From contig CAWAUM010000003.1 of the NCBI GenBank assembly GCA_963785235.1, forward strand, positions 128,001 through 192,000: a DNA stretch of 64,000 bases, in the 5' to 3' direction. Positions 14,951 to 31,941 of the stretch are shown here, one piece after another. This DNA is from an uncultured delta proteobacterium (GTDB lineage: Bacteria; Desulfobacterota; Desulfomonilia; UBA1062). How positions within the stretch are numbered: the first letter of the stretch is position 1; every line of letters starts with the position of its first letter. The notes below the pieces were generated by a model. It did no database searches. It was not told the origin of the DNA and saw only the letters and a list, made by a program, of their open reading frames with translations. The translations under genes were made by a program, and so were the position numbers.

Positions 14951-17027
14951 TGAGCTGTCCTCCTTTAACTTTTAAGGTCTCGGAGATGCTGCTCGGCACC
15001 GGCTCATAATGGGATACCTGCATGGTAAAGGTAGCACGGCCCTGGGTGAGTGAGCGTATGGATGTTGCGTAGCCGAACATCTCTGCCAGCGGGACTTGGG
15101 CAGCCACCACCCTCACATCAGAGCGGGTGTCCATCCCGAGCACCTTACCTCTCCTTGAAGAGAGGTCACTTATCACGTCTCCGACATAATCCACCGGGCA
15201 GACCGACTCAACGTCCATGATGGGTTCGAGCAAAATGGGGCCTGCCTTTTTCACTGCGTTCTTGAATGCCATGGAGCCTGCGATCTTGAAGGCGAGCTCG
15301 GAGGAATCCACCTCGTGGAACGATCCGTCCAGCAAGGAGACCCGCATATCCTGCAAAGGGTAGCCTGCAATGGGTCCGATATGCAGCGCCTCTTCGATCC
15401 CCTTCTTCACGGCAGGTATGTATTCCCGTGGTATCACGCCGCCGACGATCTTATTCACAAATTCAAAACCGGATGCCGGCTCCAAGGGCTCCACGGAGAT
15501 GACCACGTGTGCGTACTGGCCATGGCCGCCGGTCTGCTTGACGTATTTTACGTTTTCGGAGACAGTCTTGCTGATGGTCTCGCGGTATGCAACCTGCGGC
15601 TTGCCCACATTGGCATCCACGCTGAATTCCCGTCTCAGCCTGTCCACTATGATCTCAAGATGCAGCTCGCCCATACCGGAGATGAGCGTGTCGCCCGTCT
15701 CGTGGTTGGACTGCACCCTGAAGGAAGGGTCTTCCATTGCAAGCCTGGACAGGGCAAACCCCAGGCGTTCCTGGTCTGTTTTGCTCTTGGGCTCTATGGC
15801 AACGGAAATGACGGGATCGGGGAAGTCCATGGACTCCAGGATTATGGGCCTGTCGGGATCGCACAGGCTATGGCCCGTGATGGTGTTTTTCAGCCCGAGC
15901 ACTGCGGCGATCTCACCCGCACAGAGGGTCTTGATCTCCTCGCGCTTATCCGCATACATGCGCACGAGCCTGCCGATACGCTCTTTCTTGGTGGTAGAGC
16001 AGTTGTAGATGGTATCACCGGAATTGAGCACACCGGAATATACGCGGATAAAGGTGAGCTGGCCTACGTACGGGTCGTTCATAACCTTGAAAGCCAGGGC
16101 GGCAAAGGATTCGTCATCCCTGGGATTGCGGCTCTCTTCCTCCCCGTTCAAGGTCTTGCCCTTGATGGCACCGACCTCTACCGGGGAAGGCAGATAGTCA
16201 ACGACCGCATCCAGCATGGGCTGCACGCCCTTGTTCTTGAAGGCGGACCCGCACAGGACCGGCGTGACCAGACCCAGCAGGGTGCCCTTCTTGATGGCTA
16301 TCTTGATGGCGTCCTTGGCGATCTCTTTGCCGGCCAGGTACCCCTCCATGATGCCTTCATCCACATCGCACAGCGATTCGATGAGGCGCTCGCGGTACTC
16401 CTCGGCTATGTCTTTAAACAAGGGAGGTATCTCAATAAAGTTATAGCTTGCACCCTTGCTGGATTCTTCAAAGGTGACGGCCTTCATCTCTACCAGGTCC
16501 ACGACACCGGAAAAGGTCTCTTCGGCACCCATGGGAAGCTGCAGCGCAATGGGTCTGGCGCCAAGCTTGTCCTTGATCTGTCCTACAACCTTCAGGAAAT
16601 CCGCGCCCGTGCGGTCCATCTTGTTGACAAAGGCGAGCCTGGGCACCTTATAGCGCTCAGCCTGCCTCCAGACCGTCTCTGACTGAGGCTCAACGCCTCC
16701 AACGGCGCAAAATACCGCCACGGCTCCGTCAAGAACCCGTAAAGACCGTTCTACCTCAATAGTGAAGTCCACATGGCCGGGCGTATCGATGATGTTGATG
16801 ATATGATCTTTCCAGAAACAGGTGGTTGCGGCGGACGTGATGGTGATGCCGCGCTCTTTTTCCTGCTCCATCCAGTCCATGGTGGCCTGGCCGTCATGCA
16901 CCTCGCCGATCTTGTAGCTCCGCCCCGTATAGAAAAGGATACGCTCGGTAGTCGTAGTTTTGCCCGCATCGATATGGGCCATGATACCGATGTTCCTGAG
17001 TCTTTCTATCGGAACTGATCTTTTCAC
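14943..17027 (-). CDS. fusA: Elongation factor G
   Basis: [30 protein letters not shown]; 694 aa. Confidence 0.98.
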
Positions 17028-17038
17028 CGTTATATTCC

Positions 17039-17512
17039 TTACCAGCGATAATGAGCAAACGCCTTGTTGGCCTCCGCCATCTTATGCGTGTCTTCTTTCT
17101 TTTTAATGGAAGTTCCCCTGTTGTTGTACGCATCGAGGATCTCGGCGGCCAGTCGTTCGCTCATGGTGTGCTCCGAGCGCTCGCGTGCTGCGTTGATGAT
17201 CCAGCGGCGTGCCAGCATGTCTCTCCGGTCGGGCCTTACCTCCTGTGGTACCTGGTACGTGGCGCCGCCGATCCTGCGGGACTTGACCTCAAGGGAGGGC
17301 TTTATATTGTCAAACCCCTTATTAAAGACCGTCAGCGCGTCTTCCTTGGTTCTGGCGGCAAGTATATCGAGAGTCTCGTAGAAGACTATCTCACTCACGG
17401 ACTTCTTGCCGTCCCACATGAGGCAGTTGATGAACTTGGCTACGTTCAGGTCGCCGAACTTTGGGTCCGGTGCGATGTTTCTCTTAAGGTTTCCTCTGTT
17501 TTTCCTCGGCAT
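17039..17512 (-). CDS. rpsG: 30S protein S7
   Basis: [30 protein letters not shown]. Confidence 0.98.
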   Translation of the reverse strand: MPRKNRGNLKRNIAPDPKFGDLNVAKFINCLMWDGKKSVSEIVFYETLDILAARTKEDALTVFNKGFDNIKPSLEVKSRRIGGATYQVPQEVRPDRRDMLARRWIINAARERSEHTMSERLAAEILDAYNNRGTSIKKKEDTHKMAEANKAFAHYRW

Positions 17513-17522
17513 GGCAGTTCCT

Positions 17523-17894
17523 CTACTTCGGTCTCTTCGTGCCGTATTTGGACCGGGCCTTACGGCGTTCGGATACGCCTTCGGAGTCCATTACGCCACG
17601 GACAATGTGATAGCGAACACCGGGAAGGTCTTTGACACGACCGCCCCTGATCAGCACCACCGAGTGTTCCTGCAGGTTGTGCCCCTCACCCGGGATGTAC
17701 GAGGTCACTTCATAGCCATTGGTAAGGCGCACACGGGCAACCTTCCTCAGGGCTGAATTGGGCTTCTTCGGCGTGGTGGTGTACACCCTCACGCATACGC
17801 CCCTCTTCTGGGGGCATGCCTGAAGGGCCCTCGTCTTCTGCCTCTTCTCGATGGTCTTTCTGCCTTTCCTCACAAGCTGATTCAGTGTGGGCAT
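17523..17894 (-). CDS. rpsL: 30S protein S12
   Basis: [23 protein letters not shown]. Confidence 0.99.
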   Translation of the reverse strand: MPTLNQLVRKGRKTIEKRQKTRALQACPQKRGVCVRVYTTTPKKPNSALRKVARVRLTNGYEVTSYIPGEGHNLQEHSVVLIRGGRVKDLPGVRYHIVRGVMDSEGVSERRKARSKYGTKRPK

Positions 17895-17967
17895 TGCTTT
17901 TATCCTTTTTATTTCATCAATAGGAAATAATAAAATTTTCCTTAATCCGTGCTCGGATAGCCGCAGT

Positions 17968-17997
17968 CTTCTAACAATCCATACCTCTATCTGTCAA
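17968..17997 (-). promoter_or_regulatory. Candidate sigma70 promoter of the str operon
   Basis: TTGACA-N18-TAGAAG with extended -10 TG, ~75 nt upstream of rpsL. Confidence 0.5.
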
Positions 17998-18004
17998 GGA
18001 CTTT

Positions 18005-22337
<4,333 letters not shown>

Positions 22338-22349
22338 TGTTATCTCCCC

Positions 22350-25300
22350 TTAGTGTTGGCCCTGACCCTCGATCAACGAGATGTCCAAGCCTAAGCTCTT
22401 GAGTTCTCTGGTGAGAACGTTGAATGACTCGGGTATTCCGGGCTCCAGCTCGTGCTGTCCCTTGACGATGGATTCGTACATCCTGGTCCTGCCGGCCACG
22501 TCGTCGGACTTGACCGTGAGGAATTCCTGCAGGGAATACGCTGCCCCGTAGGCCTCGATTGCCCAGACCTCCATCTCTCCCAGGCGCTGACCACCGAACT
22601 GCGCCTTGCCGCCGAGCGGCTGCTGGGTGACCAGCGAGTAGGGGCCGATGGACCGTGCATGGATCTTGTCATCCACCAGGTGATGCAGTTTGAGCATGTA
22701 CATGATGCCTACCGTCACCTTGCTGTCAAAGGCCTCTCCGGACCTTCCGTCGTACAGGGTGACACGGCCGCTGTCGGCGGCGCCGGAGAACTTGAGCATG
22801 CCCGCGATATCGGCCTCGGTTGCGCTGTCGAACACCGGTACCGCTACGGTCAGGCCGTTTTCCCTGATCTTGCCGGCAAGCTCCAGAAGATCCTCGCGGG
22901 AGCACTTTTCAATGATCCTGCTGATCTTCTTTGAAGCGTACACCTTCTTGAGCATGGACTTGAGTTCTTCGTCCGGGAATTTTTCTTCCACCATTTTATT
23001 AATGAGCTTGCCTATGCCGTGCATGGCCCAGCCAAGGTGGGTCTCCAGCAGCTGGCCCACATTCATGCGCGAAGGGACGCCCAACGGATTGAGCACGATG
23101 TCCACCGGGCTTCCATCGTCAAAGAAGGGCATGTCTTCCTCGGGCAGTATGCGCGAGATTACACCCTTGTTGCCGTGGCGGCCCGCCATCTTGTCACCCA
23201 CCGATAGCTTGCGCTTGATTGCGACATAGACCTTCACCATCTTGTTCACACCAGGCGGCAGATCGTCGCCGGCGGAGAGTTTCTCGATCTTGCCGTCATA
23301 GAAGTCCAGGATAAGCTTCTTCTGGTGGTCGATACGCGAAATGACCTTCTCGATCTCCTGCTCCACATCCTCGCTGTCTGCGACCCGGATGTCCTTGAAG
23401 TCGTCGATCCTGAGCTGGTCAAGCATTTCCTTGGTGACGTGGCTGCCCTTCTTGGCGATGATGACGTCGCCCAGGTGGGAGAGCATGGGTGCTGAGAGCT
23501 TCTTGCCCACAAGCAGGTCTTCAAGTCTTGCCCGGCCGCCTTCCATGATGATGGCCATCTCGTCTTCCTGGTCTTTTCTGAGCTGCTCGATCTCGGTCTG
23601 CTCTATCTGGAGGGTCCGTTCATCCTTTTCCTGGCCGCGCCGGTTGAAGACCCGCGCGTCGATGATGGTGCCTTCGATGCCCGGCGGTACGCGCAGAGAA
23701 CTGTCCTTCACCTCGCTTGCCTTCTCACCGAAAATGGCGCGGAGCAGCTTCTCCTCGGGCGAAAGCTGGGTCTCACCCTTGGGGGTGACCTTGCCCACAA
23801 GGATAAACCCTGGTTTTACCTCGGCGCCGATGCGGATGATGCCCGAGTCGTCGAGGTCTTTGAGCGCCTCTTCGCCGGCATTGGGGATGTCACGGGTGAT
23901 CTCTTCGCAGCCCAGCTTAACGTCACGGGCCATAACCTCGAATTCCTCGATATGCACCGAGGTGTAGAAGTCTTCTTTAACCACGCGTTCGCTGATAAGG
24001 ATGGCGTCTTCATAATTATAGCCGCCCCATGGCATAAAGGCCACGATGAGGTTCCTGCCGAGCGCCAGCTCGCCGCTTCTGGTAGCGGGCCCATCGGCGA
24101 TGATCTCGTTCCTGGCCACGTGCTGGCCCTTGTGAACGATAGGCTTCTGATTGAATGATGTGTTCTGATTGGCGCGTTTGAACTTGGTGAGCCGGTAGAT
24201 GTCGATGCCGGTGTCTTCCCGGTCCTTGCCCATGGAGTCGGCCTTGAGAACGATACGCTGAGAGTCCACATCCTGTACTGTCCCCGGCCTGTGGGCAACC
24301 ACGCACACACCCGAGTCCCTTGCCACGAGCTGTTCCATTCCTGTTCCCACCACCGGGGGCATGGAGAAGAGCAACGGCACTGCCTGGCGCTGCATGTTGG
24401 AACCCATGAGTGCCCTGTTGGCATCGTCGTGTTCCAGAAACGGGATAAGGTTTGCAGAAACGCTAAAGAGCTGGTTGGTCGCCACATCCATAAAGGTGAC
24501 CTGGGAACGTGAGACGATGCTGTACTGACCGTTACGGACCCTTACCCGCACCAGATCGGCAATGATCTTGGAATCCTCATCCAAGGGCTCGGTGGCCTGG
24601 ACGATGACCTGCTCATCTTCTGCAATAGCGCTCAAGTAGCGGATTTCGTCGGTTACCACGCCGTTCTTCACTATATAGTACGGTGTCTCGATAAACCCGA
24701 ACTCGTTCACGCGACCGTAGGTGGAAAGGGACACAATGAGGCCGATGTTCGGACCTTCAGGGGTCTCGATGGGGCATACGCGGCCGTAATGTGAGGGATG
24801 CACGTCTCGCACCTCGAATACGGCCCGCTCCCTGGTGAGGCCGCCGGGGCCCAAGGCCGAAAGTCTGCGCTTGTGGGTAATGGCGGACAGAGGATTGGTC
24901 TGGTCCATGAACTGGCTCAGCTGGCCGGAGCCGAAGAATTCGCGGATAACGGCCGAGACGGGCTTGGGGTTGATAAGGTTGTTGGGCATCATGGTCTCAA
25001 CGTCCTGGAGGCTCATGCGCTCTTTGATGGCGCGCTCCATACGGACCAGGCCGATACGGTACTGGTTCTCCAGGAGTTCGCCTACGGAGCGCACCCGGCG
25101 GTTGGACATATGGTCGATATCATCCACGGTCCTGCCGGCCATGCCGTCTCTGAGCTGCAGGAGGTACTTCACGGTGAACAGGATGTCCTCCTTGCGGAGC
25201 ACGGTAAAGTCAAGAGATGCCTCTTCTTCGCTGATACCAAGCTTCTGGTTGATCTTCATCCTGCCCACCCGGGAGAGATCATAATAGGAAGGGTTGAAGA

Positions 25301-26492
25301 ACAGATTGTCAAAGAAATGGGTTGCGATCTCGAGCGTGGGCGGATTAGAGGGACGCAGGCGGCGGTATATTTCAATGAGCGCCTCTTCGGGTGTGTCAAC
25401 CCTGTCCAGCGCCAGCGTCTTGCTCAGAGAACTGCTGTAGTTCATCTCATCGAAATAGATGGCCTTGATCTCTGTAATCCCGTGCTCATGGAGTTTCTCC
25501 AGGAGCTCCTCGGTGATCTCCTCGTTGGCGTCCACAATGATCTCGCCGGTTTCCATATTCACGATATCTTCAGCCAGGATCTTGCCGAACAGGTCGCTTT
25601 CTTCCATGACAATGGGCTCGAAGACCTTGTTCTTATATTTAGCGGCAGTCTTTGCCGAGACCTTCCGGCCTGCCTTTACCACCACCTCATCAGAGCCCAG
25701 AAGCTTGATGTCGAAGTCCACCTTCAGGCCCATGAGGCTTTCCATATCGATGTGCTTGTGGACCGCTTCACCTTCGAAGGTATACCGCTCCTTGGGGTAG
25801 TATATGGCCAGCACGTCCTGATTGGAAAATCCCATGGCCTTCATGAGCGTGGTGACCGGCATCTTTCTGCGGCGGTCGATCCTCAGATAGAGGATGGTCT
25901 TGGCGTCAAAGTCCAGGTCAAGCCAGGAACCCCGCGCAGGGATGATCCTTGCCGAGTAGAGGACGCTGCCGCCCGTTGCCGCCCGGGCAGTGGTCTTGTC
26001 AAAGAAGATGCCGGGCGAGCGGTGAAGCTGACTTACAATGACGCGCTCCGTGCCGTTAATGATAAAGGTGGAGCTCGGGGTCATGAGCGGGATCTCTCCG
26101 AAGTAGACTTCCTGCTCCTTGATGTCCCTGATGCTCTGTGTGCCGGTCTCTTCATCGCGGTCGTAGACAACAAGCCGCACCTTCAGATTCACAGGGGCGG
26201 AGTATGTCAGCCCTTTCTGAAGGCACTCATCCATGTCATACTTGGATTCACCCAGGCGGTATTCCACGAATTCCAAAGAGGCGTCCTCATTGAAATCCTT
26301 TATGGGGAATACGGATTTGAACACCTGCTGAAGACCTGCGATCTTCCTTTTTTCCGGCGGGACATCCTTTTGCAGAAAGGCTGCGTAGGACGTCTTCGGA
26401 AGTTCAACCAGATCGGGGATGTCCAGAACGGTCTGTCTCTTTCCGAAGTTTTTCCGCCTTAATTGGGGATTTAAAAGGATGCTTTCTATCAT
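22350..26492 (-). CDS. rpoB: RNA polymerase beta subunit
   Basis: [32 protein letters not shown]; 1380 aa. Confidence 0.99.
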   Translation of the reverse strand: MIESILLNPQLRRKNFGKRQTVLDIPDLVELPKTSYAAFLQKDVPPEKRKIAGLQQVFKSVFPIKDFNEDASLEFVEYRLGESKYDMDECLQKGLTYSAPVNLKVRLVVYDRDEETGTQSIRDIKEQEVYFGEIPLMTPSSTFIINGTERVIVSQLHRSPGIFFDKTTARAATGGSVLYSARIIPARGSWLDLDFDAKTILYLRIDRRRKMPVTTLMKAMGFSNQDVLAIYYPKERYTFEGEAVHKHIDMESLMGLKVDFDIKLLGSDEVVVKAGRKVSAKTAAKYKNKVFEPIVMEESDLFGKILAEDIVNMETGEIIVDANEEITEELLEKLHEHGITEIKAIYFDEMNYSSSLSKTLALDRVDTPEEALIEIYRRLRPSNPPTLEIATHFFDNLFFNPSYYDLSRVGRMKINQKLGISEEEASLDFTVLRKEDILFTVKYLLQLRDGMAGRTVDDIDHMSNRRVRSVGELLENQYRIGLVRMERAIKERMSLQDVETMMPNNLINPKPVSAVIREFFGSGQLSQFMDQTNPLSAITHKRRLSALGPGGLTRERAVFEVRDVHPSHYGRVCPIETPEGPNIGLIVSLSTYGRVNEFGFIETPYYIVKNGVVTDEIRYLSAIAEDEQVIVQATEPLDEDSKIIADLVRVRVRNGQYSIVSRSQVTFMDVATNQLFSVSANLIPFLEHDDANRALMGSNMQRQAVPLLFSMPPVVGTGMEQLVARDSGVCVVAHRPGTVQDVDSQRIVLKADSMGKDREDTGIDIYRLTKFKRANQNTSFNQKPIVHKGQHVARNEIIADGPATRSGELALGRNLIVAFMPWGGYNYEDAILISERVVKEDFYTSVHIEEFEVMARDVKLGCEEITRDIPNAGEEALKDLDDSGIIRIGAEVKPGFILVGKVTPKGETQLSPEEKLLRAIFGEKASEVKDSSLRVPPGIEGTIIDARVFNRRGQEKDERTLQIEQTEIEQLRKDQEDEMAIIMEGGRARLEDLLVGKKLSAPMLSHLGDVIIAKKGSHVTKEMLDQLRIDDFKDIRVADSEDVEQEIEKVISRIDHQKKLILDFYDGKIEKLSAGDDLPPGVNKMVKVYVAIKRKLSVGDKMAGRHGNKGVISRILPEEDMPFFDDGSPVDIVLNPLGVPSRMNVGQLLETHLGWAMHGIGKLINKMVEEKFPDEELKSMLKKVYASKKISRIIEKCSREDLLELAGKIRENGLTVAVPVFDSATEADIAGMLKFSGAADSGRVTLYDGRSGEAFDSKVTVGIMYMLKLHHLVDDKIHARSIGPYSLVTQQPLGGKAQFGGQRLGEMEVWAIEAYGAAYSLQEFLTVKSDDVAGRTRMYESIVKGQHELEPGIPESFNVLTRELKSLGLDISLIEGQGQH

Positions 26493-26537
26493 CTTTTGGG
26501 TCTTCCTCTTTTAGTGAGTTGTGATTCCTACACTAGG

Positions 26538-26577
26538 CAAGAAAGGGGGACAGGCGGCGCCTTCCCCCCTGCTTTTC
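26538..26577 (-). terminator. GC-rich hairpin (possible attenuator/terminator) between rplL and rpoB
   Basis: Minus strand GGGGGGAAGGCGCCGCCTGTCCCCC followed by TTTCTT. Confidence 0.45.
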
Positions 26578-26599
26578 GGTGTCCGATATTTATCTTACG

Positions 26600-26983
26600 T
26601 TACTTAATCTCTACGACAGCGCCTACTTCCTCAAGCTTCTTTTTGGCGTCTTCCGCGTCTTCTTTGGAGATACCCTCCTTGATTGTCTTGGGAGCTCCCT
26701 CAACCGCATCCTTGGCCTCTTTGAGCCCCAGGTCGGTGAGTGCACGCACAACCTTGATCACCTGTATCTTCTGCGGGCCCACATCCTTGAGAACCACATC
26801 AAAGGTGGTCTTCTCTTCGGCTGCTTCAACCGGCGCTGCTGCGCCCGGCATGGCCATCATGGCTACGGGAGCGGCAGCTGAAACACCAAACTTCTCTTCA
26901 AGCTCCTTGACGAATTCGGACAACTCGAGAACGGTCATGTTCTCGATAAATTTTATAACGTCTTCACGTGTGATCTGTGACAT
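26600..26983 (-). CDS. rplL: 50S protein L7/L12
   Basis: [28 protein letters not shown]. Confidence 0.98.
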   Translation of the reverse strand: MSQITREDVIKFIENMTVLELSEFVKELEEKFGVSAAAPVAMMAMPGAAAPVEAAEEKTTFDVVLKDVGPQKIQVIKVVRALTDLGLKEAKDAVEGAPKTIKEGISKEDAEDAKKKLEEVGAVVEIK

Positions 26984-26985
26984 CT

Positions 26986-27510
26986 CTACTCTCCTTGACT
27001 CTTTTTGTTTTCAATTGCTTTCAGCACATGAACCAACTGGGAGACAATAGCCGACAGAACGCCCACAAAATTGGAAACCGGAGCGTTCATTGAGCTGAGC
27101 ATCCTAGCCAGCAGCACTTCCCTGGACGGCATCTTTGAGAGTTCCTGGATATCTGCTGCGGTAATAGCACGGTTCCCCAGCATACCTGCCTGGATCTCAA
27201 ATTTTTCGTTGTCTTTGGCGAAGTTCACCAGCGCCTTGGCAACGCCCACTGCATCGGTTTTTGCAATGGCGATGGCCGTGGGCCCGACGAAAAACTTCTC
27301 AATGCCCTTTGCAGGCGTTCCTTCGGTTGCCCTTCTGAGAAGGGTATTCTTTACAACCTGATAGGAACCTCCTACGCCTTTGATCTCTCTCCTGAGCTTG
27401 GTAATCCTTTCAACGGTCAGCCCCATGTAATCGGTTACGAAGACCGCCTGCGATTTTTCAAGCTCAGCGTGCAGTATCTGCACTAACTGTTCTTTTCCAT
27501 CCCTTTTCAA
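26986..27510 (-). CDS. rplJ: 50S protein L10
   Basis: [25 protein letters not shown]; TTG start after GAGG. Confidence 0.95.
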   Translation of the reverse strand: MKRDGKEQLVQILHAELEKSQAVFVTDYMGLTVERITKLRREIKGVGGSYQVVKNTLLRRATEGTPAKGIEKFFVGPTAIAIAKTDAVGVAKALVNFAKDNEKFEIQAGMLGNRAITAADIQELSKMPSREVLLARMLSSMNAPVSNFVGVLSAIVSQLVHVLKAIENKKSQGE

Positions 27511-27542
27511 TAAACACCTCACCCCTTTCTTTTTTAGATTAA

Positions 27543-27628
27543 TCCCGTCAAAGGGTGCCTATGAGATACCCGGATCTCGGCGGGAAAATTAAGCACATAG
27601 TTATTATGCGCCCCCGCTGTCTTTGACC
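27543..27628 (-). promoter_or_regulatory. Ribosomal protein L10 leader (autoregulatory RNA)
   Basis: GGTCAAAGACAGCGGG...CTTAATTTTCCCGCCGAGA...CTTTGAC between rplA and rplJ; closing stem GTCAAAG/CTTTGAC. Confidence 0.75.
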
Positions 27629-27637
27629 AGGACTTAT

Positions 27638-28342
27638 TTACTTTATAAAGCTCGAAATCTCGGACGGATCAATCCTTACACCCGGACCCATGGTGGAAGA
27701 TACGGCCACGCCCTTGACATACGTCCCCTTGGAACCCGACGGTTTGAGTTTCATGATCATCTCAAGCAGGACCTTCAGGTTGTCAAGGAGCTTATCCAGG
27801 CCAAAGGATACCTTGCCCACGCTACAGTGAACGATGCCCACCTTGTCGACGCGAAAGTCCACCCTGCCCGCCTTCATGTCGGACACGGCCTTGGCCACGT
27901 CAAAGGTGACGGTGCCCAGCTTGGGGTTCGGCATCATGCCGCGAGGGCCTAAAACCTTGCCCAGCTTGCCCACAGTGCCCATCATGTCAGGCGTAGCGAT
28001 GACCTTGTCGAAATCGAGCCAGCCGCCCTGTATCTTCTCGGCGATGTCCTCGGCCCCCACATGGTCCGCTCCGGCATCCATGGCCTCTTTTTCCTTCTCG
28101 CCCTTGGCGAATACAAGGACCCGGGTGGTCTTTCCCGTACCATGCGGAAGAACCACAGAGCCTCTCACCATCTGATCAGCATGCCTGGGGTCGACACCAA
28201 GCCTTAATGCCACATCGACACTCTCGTCAAACTTGGCAAAGGCATTGTCGATCACCAGGGTAACTGCGTCAGTCAGTACGTATTTCTTCTGAGGGTCTAC
28301 CTTGTTTCTAGCCTCAGCAAATTTCTTGCCACACCTCGCCAT
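27638..28342 (-). CDS. rplA: 50S protein L1
   Basis: [32 protein letters not shown]. Confidence 0.97.
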   Translation of the reverse strand: MARCGKKFAEARNKVDPQKKYVLTDAVTLVIDNAFAKFDESVDVALRLGVDPRHADQMVRGSVVLPHGTGKTTRVLVFAKGEKEKEAMDAGADHVGAEDIAEKIQGGWLDFDKVIATPDMMGTVGKLGKVLGPRGMMPNPKLGTVTFDVAKAVSDMKAGRVDFRVDKVGIVHCSVGKVSFGLDKLLDNLKVLLEMIMKLKPSGSKGTYVKGVAVSSTMGPGVRIDPSEISSFIK

Positions 28343-28356
28343 AGCGTGCATCTCCT

Positions 28357-28782
28357 TCAGTCAACAATCTCTATTCCCATGCTGCGGGCAGTGCCGGCAA
28401 TGATGTTGACGGCATTGTCCATGTCCTCCGCATTGAGGTCATTCATCTTCTGTTTCGCGATTTCCATCAACTGGTCTCTGGTGACTTTACCCACCATGTC
28501 CTTGTTGGGGACCGCTGATCCCTTCTCGATTCCCGCGGCCTTGATAAGCAGTGTCGAAGCCGGCGGGCTCTTGGTGATAAAGCTGAACGAGCGATCTGCA
28601 AAAACCGAGATCTCCACGGGAATCTTGTATCCTCGCTGCTTATCCGTGGCTGCATTGAATGCCTTGCAGAACTCCATAATGTTCACCCCGTGCTGACCCA
28701 GTGCAGGTCCTACGGGAGGCGACGGCTTGGCCTCGCCTGCGGGAATATGAATCTTAATCTTTGCCAGTAGTTTCTTTGCCAT
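28357..28782 (-). CDS. rplK: 50S protein L11
   Basis: [31 protein letters not shown]. Confidence 0.98.
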   Translation of the reverse strand: MAKKLLAKIKIHIPAGEAKPSPPVGPALGQHGVNIMEFCKAFNAATDKQRGYKIPVEISVFADRSFSFITKSPPASTLLIKAAGIEKGSAVPNKDMVGKVTRDQLMEIAKQKMNDLNAEDMDNAVNIIAGTARSMGIEIVD

Positions 28783-28799
28783 ATGTTACCTCTAAAGGT

Positions 28800-29345
28800 C
28801 TATTTCTTGGTTATCTGGTCGAAGCTGAGCTCCACGGGCGTCGAACGTCCGAATATGCTCACGAGCACACGTACCTTGCCCTTGTCGGGCTTGCAGTCAT
28901 CCACAACACCGCTGAAGTTCTGGAACGGTCCTTCATTGACGATCACCTGGTCCCCAACGGAAAATTCACACCGTAAGGTCTGTGACTCCATGCCTTCTTC
29001 GAGCTGAGATCGTAAAGTCTCCACCTCCGAGTCCGGGATGGTGGACGGGGTGATCCTCCCGCCGACGAAGCCTGTTACCTTGGGCGTACTCATGACCACA
29101 TGCCAGGTCTTGTCGGTCAGGGCCATCCTGACCAGAATATACCCGGGGAAGTACTTCCTGGCCGAGGTCTTTTTCTTGCCCGGGGCAGTCGACTTCTTGA
29201 TCTGCTCCGATGGCACGAGGATACCGGAAAAATAATCCTCGCAATCGTAAGCCTTTATGCGTTCCTCAAGGGACAATTTCGCCTTGTGCTCGTAATTGGA
29301 GTGGGTGTGTACCACGTACCACTTGTGTTCCAACTGCTCGTCCAT
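28800..29345 (-). CDS. nusG: Transcription factor NusG
   Basis: WYVVHT, YFPGYILV, KOW EGPFQNFSG, IFGRSTPVEL. Confidence 0.97.
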   Translation of the reverse strand: MDEQLEHKWYVVHTHSNYEHKAKLSLEERIKAYDCEDYFSGILVPSEQIKKSTAPGKKKTSARKYFPGYILVRMALTDKTWHVVMSTPKVTGFVGGRITPSTIPDSEVETLRSQLEEGMESQTLRCEFSVGDQVIVNEGPFQNFSGVVDDCKPDKGKVRVLVSIFGRSTPVELSFDQITKK

Positions 29346-29350
29346 GTTCT

Positions 29351-29563
29351 TTACCCGAGCCCCAATAAGAGCTTGACCACCTGGGACAGGCCTGCGTCGA
29401 TAACCGAGAGGAACACCGATATGATTATACTCAAGATAATCACGGCAATTGTCCCGCTCATGACCTGTTTCCTGCCGGACCAGGTGACCTTCTTCAATTC
29501 GGCCTTGATCTCCTTGAAGAACTGTTTGACCGTCATGATCACCGCTACTTTATCGTTTTCCAT
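29351..29563 (-). CDS. secE: Preprotein translocase SecE
   Basis: ELKKVTW motif plus one TM helix. Confidence 0.94.
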   Translation of the reverse strand: MENDKVAVIMTVKQFFKEIKAELKKVTWSGRKQVMSGTIAVIILSIIISVFLSVIDAGLSQVVKLLLGLG

Positions 29564-29583
29564 ACCTTCCTTACCAACTCAAT

Positions 29584-29660
29584 TGGCAGGCCAGGAGGGA
29601 CTCGAACCCCCAGCATCCGGATTTGGAGTCCGGCGCTCTACCAATTAGAGCTACTGGCCT
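29584..29660 (-). tRNA. tRNA-Trp(CCA)
   Basis: AGGCCAG acceptor, CCGGA-CTCCAAA-TCCGG anticodon arm, GTTCGA, encoded CCA. Confidence 0.95.
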
Positions 29661-29670
29661 GCATTTATTT

Positions 29671-29820
29671 TTACTTTGTCTCTTTGTGGAGTGTGTGAAT
29701 CCTGCAAGAAGGACAGTACTTCTTCAACTCCAACTTGTCCGTAGTCTTCTTCTTGTTCCGTGTGGACATATAATTACGTCTCTTGCAATCGGAACACGCC
29801 ATCGTAATGATATCTCTCAT
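29671..29820 (-). CDS. rpmG: 50S protein L33 (Zn-ribbon type)
   Basis: Manual translation [49 protein letters not shown]. Confidence 0.96.
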   Translation of the reverse strand: MRDIITMACSDCKRRNYMSTRNKKKTTDKLELKKYCPSCRIHTLHKETK

Positions 29821-29832
29821 GGATGTCTACCC

Positions 29833-31029
<1,197 letters not shown>

Positions 31030-31076
31030 GTACTTCCCCCTTATGTAATATTTTTTCTCCGCACAAGCCCTAAAGG

Positions 31077-31154
<78 letters not shown>

Positions 31155-31181
31155 ATGTCTCCACATAATTAAGAGGGGATA

Positions 31182-31258
31182 TGGAGCGGGAAACGGGATT
31201 CGAACCCGCGACCCTCAGCTTGGAAGGCTGACGCTCTAGCCAACTGAGCTACTCCCGC
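31182..31258 (-). tRNA. tRNA-Gly(TCC)
   Basis: GCGGGAG acceptor, TCAGC-CTTCCAA-GCTGA, CCA end. Confidence 0.95.
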
Positions 31259-31318
31259 ATCACTTTTTTAGGATTGTGCAGTCTTACGACTCACGTCTCC
31301 TGCAATCCCTCATACTTA

Positions 31319-31403
31319 TGGTGGAGGGGGGAGGATTCGAACCTCCGAAGGCTTCGCCGACAGATTTACAGTCTGTTCCCTTTGGCCGCTCGGGAACCCC
31401 TCC
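31319..31403 (-). tRNA. tRNA-Tyr(GTA)
   Basis: 85 nt with long variable arm; ACAGA-CTGTAAA-TCTGT. Confidence 0.95.
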
Positions 31404-31417
31404 CAATGTCTCTTTTG

Positions 31418-31493
31418 TGGAGCTGGAGATGGGACTCGAACCCGCAACCTGCTGATTACAAATCAGCTGCTCTACCGATTGAGCTACTCCAGC
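31418..31493 (-). tRNA. tRNA-Thr(TGT)
   Basis: GCTGGAG acceptor, GCTGA-TTTGTAA-TCAGC, CCA end. Confidence 0.95.
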
Positions 31494-31528
31494 CTTTCTT
31501 GGCGCACCCATAGCTTGCGCACCAGGAG

Positions 31529-31558
31529 TCTGTATCTCAATGGTCAGGGAAAAGTCAA
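31529..31558 (-). promoter_or_regulatory. Candidate promoter of the tRNA-tuf operon
   Basis: TTGACT-N18-TACAGA, then a GC-rich discriminator-like stretch, ~35 nt before tRNA-Thr. Confidence 0.4.
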
Positions 31559-31771
31559 GGGGCAAATAGACACCTGAAAATTATTTTTTCATGAATCATT
31601 TCGGGCAACCATTGACCGTGAAATCTGCGTTTAGATATTTTTATAATCGCTGGAATGTTTGTCTTTAAGGTGTTGTTTTTGAAACCTTACAGATGAACAA
31701 CTCCAGGTTACACTTGCAGTTGTATAACAATGAACTCCCTGAAGACTTCGTTGCGAGTGAGAAAAACCTTA

Positions 31772-31822
31772 CCTGTTAAAATCATGCATCTCGGTGAAGC
31801 TGAGATGCATGATTTTAACAGG
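31772..31822. repeat. Perfect 21-bp inverted repeat with 9-nt spacer
   Basis: CCTGTTAAAATCATGCATCTC-GGTGAAGCT-GAGATGCATGATTTTAACAGG. Confidence 0.95.
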
Positions 31823-31904
31823 CCAATTTTTTTGGTTTGCATCTTAAGAATGTTATTTGTGCTAATAATCTTTAATCGTTGACCACATCTCTCCCTACTG
31901 ATTG

Positions 31905-31933
31905 TTGACCCTCCATACCCCCTGTGTTAACAA
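31905..31933 (+). promoter_or_regulatory. Candidate promoter of the uppS operon
   Basis: TTGACC-N17-TAACAA with extended -10 TG, ending 8 nt before ATG 31942. Confidence 0.45.
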
Positions 31934-31941
31934 GATTTCCC

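Noticed and set aside
31271-31308. Imperfect hairpin GGATTGTGCAG...CTGCAATCC between tRNA-Tyr and tRNA-Gly
   Set aside because: Short and bulged; ordinary tRNA spacer structure.
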